Below are positions 36,630 to 47,800 of a stretch of 64,000 bases of DNA, one piece after another (within the stretch, counting starts at the first letter, position 1; each line of letters begins with the position of its first letter). Made by a program: the position numbers and the translations under genes. The notes below the pieces were generated by a model. That model did not search any database. It was not told where the DNA came from and saw nothing but the letters and a program-made list of their open reading frames with translations. This DNA comes from Macrostomum lignano (taxonomy: Eukaryota). The stretch is from contig NIVC01001652.1 in NCBI GenBank assembly GCA_002269645.1, forward strand, positions 62,001 through 126,000. Reading direction: 5' to 3'.

Positions 36630-37455
36630 TTAGGTACCAGTCGCAGCCGTGCCTTCATCACCATCAGCATAAGCGGGTCGGTCCCGGTTTTCCAGAGCAG
36701 TCGAAAGAAGCTGCAGTCTCGCCTCTCCGTCTCGGCCTTCAGGAGAGCCGCTGCCAGTCACCGAGCCGGGCGCACCAGTGATCTCTGCGGCGTTTCCATC
36801 CTCCTCGCCTGTGGCGTTTCCGACCTCCGCGCCTGTCCTGAAGCCGTGCGGTAATTCTTGGCTCTTGTGAGAAAACCTTGTGACTCCTTGCTGAGATTCC
36901 GCAGATTCCGCAGATTCCGCAGATTCCGCAGATTCCGCAGATTCCGCAGATTCCGCAGATTTCGCAGATTCCGCAGATTCCGCAGATTCCGCAGGCACCG
37001 CAGGCAGTTTACCAGACGGTCGAGGCTGGTCAGCTTTGAGTAGTTTAGTATTATCACCCTGCTGTTCTTGATCTTCCAGCTCTTGACGCCTGTTAAGATC
37101 GCGTTGAACGACGCTTGCAATAGCAAACGATGGCAATGATGGCGAAAGCAGCCAAAATCAGCACAACAGGTATCACAATTGGTAGGACAATCGCAAGATT
37201 AGGAGAAGACGACAAATTCGAATCGGACTCAGTAGAAACAGACACCGTAGACGCAGCTTCAGTTGATGATGCCGCCCGCTGGGTAGTCAGGCCGTCTCCG
37301 CACTCTCCCAAGTCAATCTCAGCCTGAGTGCAGTGGACGCACCTGTTCTGGCCCGGGTCCCATCGCATGCCCGGCTGGCACACGCTGACTTCGGCGACGG
37401 CCATCAGTGACAGCGGCAACAGCTGCAGCAGAAGCAGACAGTGGCCAGCTGGCAT
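36630..37455 (-). CDS. Small TNFR-like receptor R6, chimeric, with a 1-nt frameshift and stop at 37093-37095
   Basis: MPAGHCLLLLQLLPLSLMAVAEVSVCQPGMRWDPGQNRCVHC...C, TM LAIVLPIVIPVVLILAAFAIIAIV. The downstream frame encodes (AES)n and then a tail nearly identical to that of R4. Confidence 0.68.
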
Positions 37456-37984
37456 TCCGCACTTATCGAATCTCAGCATTTTCAAAGCTTTAATAAAAAG
37501 ACCTGAAACTGTGTGACTCTGCTTATGTCTAAAAATAAGCAGATAAGACCCGCCAGCCAGATATGGAAGTTTCTTAATTTCGCTGAAATCAGAAATTTCA
37601 CTCAAAAAAGCAAATAAAAAACTTTTTGTCAGTTCAATTCTGCAAAGCAGACGGTCCAGAAGCAATGAAGAAAGCGGTACAAATTAATGTGTTTATTTAT
37701 GCTGATGCTTCAGATATCAATATCTGCATCATTTCTAATACCGGTACTCTAAATTTGAGGAATGGAAAACTTTGAAAACTGCGGCTCTGCAATGCAGCTT
37801 GGCAACAGATGGAATTAGAATTGGCAGATTAGCGGAGCACAGAACTGGCTTGACTGCACAATTTCTACGGATTAATTACCTAAACAGCAGACTAACCTAA
37901 TTTTTCTGACTTGATTATGCCTCTTTAATAAGGTAGCTTAGATAGAGACTGCCCAAATCCACCTGTGCAAATCCGGCAACCTCA

Positions 37985-38826
37985 TTGGGATAAATGGGAT
38001 CTCATTGGGATAAATGGGATCTCATTAGGATAAATGGGATCCCATTGGGATAAATGGGATCTCAATGGGATTAATAGCATCACACGGGGATAAATGGGAT
38101 CTCATTGGGATAAATAGCATCACACGGGGATAAATGGGATCTCATTGGGATAAATAGCATCACACGGGGATAAATGGGATCTCATTGGGATAAATAGCAT
38201 CACACGGGGATAAATGGGATCTCATTGGGATAAATAGCATCACACGGGGATAAATGGGATCTCATTGGGATAAATAGCATCACACGGGGATGAATGGGAT
38301 CTCATTGGGATTAATAGCATCACACGGGGATAAATGGGATCTCATTGGGATAAATAGCATCACACGGGGATAAATGGGATCTCATTGGGATAAATAGCAT
38401 CACACGGGGATAAATGGGATCTCATTGGGATAAATAGCATCACACGGGGATAAATGGGATCTCATTGGGATAAATAGCATCACACGGGGATAAATGGGAT
38501 CTCATTAGGATAAATAGCATCACACGGGGATAAATGGGATCTCATTGGGATAAATAGCATCACACGGGGATAAATGGAATCTCATTGGGATAAATAGCAT
38601 CACATGGGGATAAATGGGATCTCATTGGGATAAATAGCATCACACGGGGATAAATGGGATCTCATTGGGATAAATAGCATCACACGGGGATAAATGGGAT
38701 CTCATTGGGATAAATAGCATCACACGGGGATAAATGGGATCTCATTGGGATAAATAGCATCACACGGGGATAAATGGGATCTCATTGGGATAAATAGCAT
38801 CACACGGGGATAAATGGGATCTCATG
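37985..38826. repeat. 40-bp minisatellite immediately 3' of WDR11
   Basis: Unit ggataaatagcatcacacggggataaatgggatctcattg. Confidence 0.95.
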
Positions 38827-38847
38827 TTAAACATCAGTCCGCCGCAG

Positions 38848-41800
38848 TCACTCCGTCAGTTTCTGCCCCTCCTTATTTCCGTCTCCAGCAGAGCCCAGCT
38901 CAGCCAGCTCCGCGCACCTGCTGGCACCCGCCTCATCGCCTAGCAGCGCCAGCTGTCGCGCCCAGGCCGCGTGCGCCTCGCGCCAGGCAGCTCGGTCGGC
39001 CGGCTCGGCGCCGGACATGTCCGAGCTGTCCGGAATGCGGCCGGCCTCAGCGCAGGCGGCCAGGAGGCGGCAGGCGAGGCCGGGCAGGCCAAGGCGGCGG
39101 CAAAGGCAGTCGCAGGCGGCCGCCCAGTCGCCCTGGGCGATGAGCAGCAAAGCCGCCTGGCACGGGTCTGTCCCGGCCAGGTGTCCGGCGTGCCTTCGGA
39201 CAATCTCGGCCGCTTCGGCCGGGTCGCGAAGACTGCACTTGGCCAGCCAAAGGGCCGTGCTGCGCTCGCCGTGCTGCTCCAAGTAGCGGCAGGCGTCCAG
39301 CTTGCGGTCGATGAGGCACAGAAGCTGGGCGCCCTCGGACACGCGCCCGTTGGCCATCAGGCTGGTGGCCACGAGCTTCACGGTGCTCTGCGCGTTAGGC
39401 GACGCCGGCTGGTTGGCCAGCAGGCAGGCCAGGTGCAGGTCGGCCAGGTAGGACGGGCTGGCGGGCTCGGTCTCCAGCAGCAGCTGGACGGCCTTGTCCA
39501 GCTGGCCGAACAGCACCAGGCACTCCACCAGCCGCTGCGTCTGCTGCGGGCTAAGCCGGCGCCTGCGGCCGAGCAGACAGGCGAGCCGGCGGGCCTGCCA
39601 GCGCCGGTACACCGGGTGCGGGCTGAGCGAGTCCCAGCCGGCCTCCAGCTCGGCGCTCGGGTCGGCTGACTGCGGCAGGAAGCGCCGGCAGAGCAGCCAG
39701 AAGCGGACCTGGCGTTGGCGGGGGGGGGGGGTGAAGGGGCTAGAGCCGAAGAAGAATGGGGATCACACGGGGAGAACAGTGATCACACAGGGAGAATGAG
39801 GATGACACAAGGAGAATAGGGATCAAAAAATGAGAATAGGGATCACACGAGGAGAACAGGGATCACACGGGGAGAACAGGGATCGCACGGAGAGAACAGG
39901 GATCACACGGGGAGAACAGGGATCACACGGGGAGAACAGGGATCACACGGGGAGAACAGGGATCACACGGGGAGAACAGTGATCACACGGGGAGAATGGG
40001 GATCACACAAGGAGAATAGGGATCACACAAAGAGAATGGGGATCACACGGGGAGAATGGGGATCACACGGGGAGAATGAGGATCACACAAGGAGAATGGG
40101 GATCACACGGAGAGAATGGGGATCACACGGAGAGAATGGGGATCACACAAGGAGAATGGGGATCACACGGAGAGAATGGGGATCACACGGAGAGAATAGG
40201 GATCACACGGAGAGAATGGGGATCACACAAAGAGAATGGGGATCACACAAAGAGAATGGGGATCACACAAAGAAAATGGGGATCACACGGGCAGAATGGG
40301 GATCACACAAAAAGAATGGGGATCACACGGGGAGAATGGGGATCACACAAGGAGAATAGGGATCACACAAGGAGAATGGGATCACACGGAGAGAATGGGG
40401 ATCACACAAGGAGAGAATGGGGATCACACAAGGAGAATGGGGATCACACAAGGAGAATGGGGATCACACGGAGAGAATGGGGATCACACGGAGAGAATGG
40501 GGATCACACGGAGAGAATGGGGATCACACAAAGAGAATGGGGATCACACAAGGAGAGAATGGGGATCACACAAGGAGAATAGGGATCACACAAGGAGAAT
40601 GGGGATCACACGGGGAGAATGGGGATCACACGGGGAGAATGGGGATCACACGGGGAGAATGGGGATCACACGGGGAGAATGGGGATCACACGGTGAGAAT
40701 GGGGATCACACGGGGAGAATGGGGATCACACGGGGAGAATGGGGATCACACGGGGAGAATGGGGATCACACTCACCTCGAAGGGGTCGCAGAACAGCATG
40801 GCGGTGAGTAGGCTTCGGTCTGCAGTGCTCAGGCCCGGCGCTGCCAGCTCGGCCAGCCAGTCCGGATCGAAGCGGCGCAGCAGCTCCCGAGCCTCGTCAT
40901 CCTCGGCGTCGCCGGCCTCCGCCCCGCCGTCGGCCATCAGCAGGCGGTGCTTGGCCAGGCGGACGGCCTTGTCGGAAAACAATCCGGGAATCGCTGGCGG
41001 CCGCTGGAAAGCCGCCGGGTCCGCGGGGGACAGGCAGATCCGCAGCGACATGTCGGTGACGCGGATTAGCCAGTCGGCCGTGAGCAGCAGCGGCTTGTCG
41101 GAGGCGGCCCAGTCGGCATCCAGCAGGTCCGGCAGGTGGCGGGGGCAGCGCGCGCTGGCCATGGCTGTCAGCTTCGTGGCGGTGTCGCGGGCGTCCCACA
41201 GCTCCAGGCCGTTGGGAAACAGTACCAGGAATTTGTAGTTGCCTTTGACGGGCGAGGGTTGGTTGCTACTGAACTCAACCGCCTTGCCAATGCGGCTGTT
41301 CGCTCTGCTACCCTCTCTTCGACCGACCTCTTCTCTCTTTCTTCTTCCATCTCTTCCGCCTTCCCCTCGGCCCTCTCCTCCGCCCTCTCCTCCGCCCTCT
41401 CCTCTGCCCTCTCCTCCACCTTCTTCTCCGCCCTCTCCTCCGCCCTCTCCTCCGCCCTCTCCTCCACCCTCTCCTCCGCCCTCTCCTCCACCTTCTTCTC
41501 CGCCCTCTCCTCTGCCCTCTTTTCCGCCCTCTCCTCCGCCCTCTCCTCCACCCTCTCCTCCACCTTCTTCTCCGCCCTCTCCTCTGCCCTCTCCTCCGCC
41601 CTCTCCTCCGCCCTCTCCTCCGCCCTCTCCTCCACCTTCTTCTCCGCCCTCTCCTCTGCCCTCTCCTCCGCCCTCTCCTCCGCCCTCTCCTCCGCCCTCT
41701 CCTCCACCTTCTTCTCCGCCCTCTCCTCTGCCCTCTTTTCCACCCTCTCCTCCGCCCTCTCCTCCGCCCTCTTCTCCGCCCTCTTCTCCGCCCTCTTCTC

Positions 41801-44800
41801 CGCCCTCTTCTCCGCCCTCTTCTCCGCCTTCTTATCCGCCTTCTTAGCCGCCTTCTTCTCCGCCCTCTCCTCCGCCTTCTTCTCCGCCCTCTCCTCCGCC
41901 TTCTTCTCCGCCTTCTTCTCTGCTTCTTATCCGCCTCCGCCCTCTCCCCCGCCCTCCACATCCCCAGACTCACCGGAGCCGGGCGCGAACTTGAGCCGCC
42001 TGACGCAGCCCCGCTGAGTGGCCACGCTGCGCGATGTTTTACTCTTGAGATCCCAGAGGGCCAGGCCGCCGTCCGTGTCACCGATGACCATCATGTCCGC
42101 CTTCCAGACCACGGCGGACACCCGGCTGAGGGCCGTGTCCGGAGGCAGCCGGGACACCTCCCGGATGATGGAGCCCTCAACGCTGACCAGGGTCATGTGG
42201 CCTTCCTGGTCGAACATGACGAAGTTCTCCCTGGCGAACTGCCCAGCTGGCAACGCGCAGTCGGTGGGGAAGGCGGCCGCTGCGTCTGTCCGGAGAGCGG
42301 CCGGGTCGTCGGCGGCCAGGTGCGAGCGGACGCCGATCTTTCTGGCGGTGGCCCGCTGGGCGGCCGATGCCGAGCCGCCCCATTCCAGGGCGATGGGGCG
42401 GGGGAAGCGGGCGGGCAGCTCGCCGATGAGGGCGAGGGAGCGCAGATCCCAGATCTCGGCCGGCTTGTCGCGAAATCCCAGCGCCAGGTATTGCCTGGGG
42501 ATCATTTTTGAGTAGGTGGAATTGAGAAGAGTTTTATAAGCATGATTCTGGCTGAAAATGTTGTTACACAACCTGTTACAGAGCATATTACAGAACCTGT
42601 TACAGAACCTGTTACAGAACCTTTTACAGAACCTGTTACAGAATCTGCTACAGAACATATTACAGAACCTGTTGCAGAGCCTGTTACATAACTATTTACA
42701 GAACCTGTTACAGAACCTGTTACAGAACCTGTTACAGAACCTGTTACAGAACCTGTTACAGAACCTGTTACAGAACCTGTTACAGAGCCTGTTACATAAC
42801 TAGTAACAGAGCCTGTTACAGAACCTGTTACAGAACCTGTTACAGAACCTGTTACAGAGCCTGTTACATAACTAGTAACAGAGCCTGTTACAGAACCTGT
42901 TACAGAGCCTGTTACAGAACCTGTTACAGAGCCTGTTACAGAACCTGTTACAGAGCCTGTTACAGAACCTGTTACAGAGCCTGTTACAGAACCTGTTACA
43001 GAGCCTGTTACAGAACCTGTTACAGAGCCTGTTACATAACTAGTAACAGAGCCTGTTACAGAACCTGTCCCCAATACAGACCTTGCCGGGGAGACCTCCA
43101 ACAACTCGAGTGGACTCTCGCGGTCCCGTCCGTCGCGGAAGAAGTGCACGGCCCCGGTTGCCAGGTCTACGAAAGCGGCTTCGTTTCGGGCCTTGAAAAA
43201 AGTAAAATGATTTCCTTTGAGAAACATGTCGAAATGGCACAGGTGCAGCAGCAATCATCACACAGGTGCAGCAGAAATCATCACACAGGTGCAGCAGCAA
43301 TCATCACACAGGTGCAGCAGCAATCATCACACAGGTGCAGCAGCAATCATCACACAGGTGCAGCAGCAATCATCACACAGGTGCAGCATCAATCATCACA
43401 CAGGTGCAGCAGCAATCATCACACAGGTGCAGCAGCAATCATCACACAGGTGCAGCATCAATCATCACACAGGTGCAGCAGCAATCATCACACAGGTGCA
43501 GCAGCAATCATCACACAGGTGCAGCAGCAATCATCACACAGGTGCAGCATCAATCATCACACAGGTGCAGCATCAATCATCACACAGGTGCAGCACCAAT
43601 CATCACACAGGTGCAGCACCAATCATCACACAGGTGCAGCACCAATCATCACACAGGTGCAGCACCAATCATCACACAGGTGCAGCACCAATCATCACAC
43701 AGGTGCAGCACCAATCATCACACAGGTGCAGCACCAATCATCACACAGGTGCAGCACCAATCATCACACAGGTGCAGCACCAATCATCACACAGGTGCAG
43801 CACCAATCATCACACAGGTGCAGCACCAATCATCACACAGGTGCAGCAGCAATCATCACACAGGTGCAGCACCAATCATCACACAGGTGCAGCACCAATC
43901 ATCACACAGGTGCAGCACCAATCATCACACAGGTGCAGCACCAATCATCACACAGGTGCAGCACCAATCATCACACAGGTGCAGCACCAATCATCACACA
44001 GGTGCAGCAGCGATCATCACACAGGTGCAGCAGCAATCATCACACAGGTGCAGCAGCGATCATCACACAGGTGCAGCAGCGATCATCACACAGGTGCAGC
44101 AGCGATCATCACACAGGTGCAGCACCAATCATCACACAGGTGCAGCACCAATCATCACACAGGTGCAGCAATCATCACACAGGTGCAGCAGCAATCATCA
44201 CACAGGTGCAGCAGCAATCATCACACAGGTGCAGCACCAATCATCACACAGGTGCAAAACCAATCATCACACAGGTGCAGCACCAATCATCACACAGGTG
44301 CAGCACCAATCATCACACAGGTGCAGCACCAATCATCACACAGGTGCAGCACCAATCATCACACAGGTGCAGCAGCAATCATCACACAGGTGCAGCAGCA
44401 ATCATCACACAGGTGCAGCAGCGATCATCACACAGGTGCAGCAGCGATCATCACACAGGTGCAGCACCAATCATCACACAGGTGCAGCACCAATCATCAC
44501 ACAGGTGCAGCACCAATCATCACACAGGTGCAGCACCAATCATCACACAGGTGCAGCACCAATCATCACACAGGTGCAGCACCAATCATCACACAGGTGC
44601 AGCACCAATCATCACACAGGTGCAGCACCAATCATCACACAGGTGCAGCACCAATCATCACACAGGTGCAGCACCAATCATCACACAGGTGCAGCACCAA
44701 TCATCACACAGGTGCAGCAGCGATCATCACACAGGTGCAGCAGCAATCATCACACAGGTGCAGCAGCGATCATCACACAGGTGCAGCAGCGATCATCACA

Positions 44801-47800
44801 CAGGTGCAGCAGCGATCATCACACAGGTGCAGCACCAATCATCACACAGGTGCAGCACCAATCATCACACAGGTGCAGCAATCATCACACAGGTGCAGCA
44901 GCAATCATCACACAGGTGCAGCAGCAATCATCACACAGGTGCAGCACCAATCATCACACAGGTGCAAAACCAATCATCACACAGGTGCAGCACCAATCAT
45001 CACACAGGTGCAGCACCAATCATCACACAGGTGCAGCACCAATCATCACACAGGTGCAGCACCAATCATCACACAGGTGCAGCAGCAATCATCACACAGG
45101 TGCAGCAGCAATCATCACACAGGTGCAGCAGCGATCATCACACAGGTGCAGCAGCGATCATCACACAGGTGCAGCAGCAATCATCACACAGGTGCAGCAG
45201 CAATCATCACACAGGTGCAAAACCAATCATCACACAGGTGCAGCACCAATCATCACACAGGTGCAGCACCAATCATCACACAGGTGCAGCACCAATCATC
45301 ACACAGGTGCAGCACCAATCATCACACAGGTGCAGCACCAATCATCACACAGGTGCAGCACCAATCATCACACAGGTGCAGCACCAATCATCACACAGGT
45401 GCAGCACCAATCATCACACAGGTGCAGCACCAATCATCACACAGGTGCAGCAATCATCACACAGGTGCAGCACCAATCATCACACAGGTGCAGCACCAAT
45501 CATCACACAGGTGCAGCACCAATCATGACACAGGTGCAGCACCAATCATCACACAGGTGCAGCACCAATCATCACACAGGTGCAGCACCAATCATCACAC
45601 AGGTGCAGCAGCAATCATCACACAGGTGCAGCAGCAATCATCACACAGGTGCAAAACCAATCATCACACAGGTGCAAAACCAATCATCACACAGGTGCAG
45701 CACCAATCATCACACAGGTGCAGCACCAATCATCACACAGGTGCAGCAGCAATCATCACACAGGTGCAGCAGCAATCATCACACAGGTGCAGCACCAATC
45801 ATCACACAGGTGCAGCAGCAATCATCACACAGGTGCAGCACCAATCAACACACAGGTGCAGCACCAATCATCACAGGTAGGAATATCTACAACAGTAACT
45901 CAACCGCTGACAGGCTCACCTGCCCAGCAGAGTTGGGCTGGTCGCTTCCGTGCAGCACCAGCGAGTCCTGGCCGCACCACCGGATGCCAGCAACCGGCAC
46001 ATTCAGCACCGACAGCTCCTTGACAACACGGCCGTAGTTAATGTCAACAATCTGCAAGAGGCCGCGCGAGCTGCCTACGGCTAGCAGAGGCCGGTAGGTG
46101 TGCACCGTCCGGGTCTTCAACGGCGGGCACATGGACACGGCGCACGGAGCCGGGCAGATCCCGCTGTGCAGCCCCGTCATCAGCATCTTCAGCTGCGCCG
46201 GCTGGGTCCGCGGCTCCACCGCCTCCTTGGCGACATCTTCAGACTCCGCCGCCGCTGCTGCAGCCGCAGCCGCCGACTCCGGCGCCAGGCAGCCCCAGAT
46301 GGCGCGCCTGTAAGTCGCGTCAGTTGGCGCTAAGACGGCCGGCGGCGGTTCCTTGGCGGTGCCACCGGCAGCGCTGATGACTCCGGCGATGCCGGACGGC
46401 TCCGAGGGCGGCTCGCCCTGCTGCTGCAGACGGCGGGCGGCGGGCTGGGCCGTCAGCTCCCAGAAGGCCACCCGGCCGTCGGTGGTGGCCAGAGCCAGCC
46501 GGGTCTCGAGCAGCGGGTCCAGGCACACATCAGCCAGCCCGCAGTGCCGGGTCACCTGCGGCAGGGGCGGGGATGAGCTGCTCAGTGAATGAATGAGTGA
46601 GTGAGTGAGTGAGTGAGTGAGTGAGTGAGTGAGTGAGTGAGTGAGTGAGTGAGTGAGTGAGTGAGTGAGTGAGTGAGTGAGTGAGTGAGTGAGTGAGTGA
46701 TTTTTAAGAATTTTCTAATTGAGAAGTTTATGAAATTAAAGAAAAAAGGTAACGAGATGAGAAGGGACCGCAAAGGGATCATGAAGGGACCGCAAAGGGA
46801 TCATGAAGGGACCGCAAAGGGATCATGAAAAGCCGGTCGCCAGCGCCCCTGCACACCTTGAACGAGTCAGTCTGAGCCACGCAGTCGAACTCGTCGCAGC
46901 CGGGCCGGCGCAGGCGCAGGCTGACGGCGCCTGTCTCCTGCAGGCAGGCCAGCAGGTCCCGGTGGGCGCAGCTGTGCACCCGAAGGAAGCCGGCGGCGCT
47001 GCGCTCCAAGGCGATGGACGCCACCGGCTGGTTGATGAGCAGATCGATCAGGACAATCTCCCGACTGTACACGGCGATCACGTGATTGCGGCGGGCTCTG
47101 TGATAGGTCACCTGACAGGAATAGCAAGTGAGGGGCGCTGCCGTGACATTCCCTAAACTTCACGCATTCAAATCCCTCATTTTCAATTTTATGAGCTCTA
47201 AACTGCTAAAATCCCATCGCTGCGAACAAACGAACGACGAAGGACACTGAGTAAAAGGTAAAAATTGTGATGGACCGAGCGGGGGTCGAACACGCGACCA
47301 CCAGATTATAAATCTGGCGCTCTACCAACTGCGCTACCTGCCCAGTTATTTTTCGTCATTTTAATACTATTTAACTGTAGAAAAGAAGGAAGTCAGAATT
47401 TCCAACTAGGAGGTCGGAATTTCCATCTAGGAAGTCGGAATTTCCATCTAGGAAGTCGGAATTTCCAACTAGGAGGTCGGAATTTCCATCTAGGAAGTCG
47501 GAATTTCCATCTAGGAAGTCGGAATTTCCATCTAGGAAGTCGGAATTTCCATCTAGGAAGTCGGAATTTCCAACTAGGAAGTCGGAATTTCCAACTAGGA
47601 GGTCGGAATTTCCAACTAGGAGGTCGGAATTTCCAACTAGGAGGTCGGAATTTCCAACTAGGAGGTCGGAATTTCCAACTAGGAAGTCGGAATTTCCAAC
47701 TAGGAGGTCGGAATTTCCGAAACTCTTCCTTCCACAGTTAAATAGTATTAAAGCGACGAAAAACATGAAGGGCGGATAGCTCAGTTGGTAGAGCGCCAGC

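Noticed and set aside
41136-42081. Pro-rich, Arg-rich and Glu-rich ORFs
   Set aside because: Frames of the 12-bp intronic repeat; the flanking exons splice cleanly around it.
43144-46037. Three overlapping ORFs of 794-923 aa ([13 protein letters not shown]...)
   Set aside because: They are translations of a stop-free 23-bp minisatellite in all three frames, inside WDR11 intron 4 on the opposite strand.
47388-47720. Tandem near-NF-kB sites (CGGAATTTCC) in the 21-bp array
   Set aside because: One mismatch to the GGGRNNYYCC consensus, probably coincidental in a repeat unit, and there is no evidence the factor is present.
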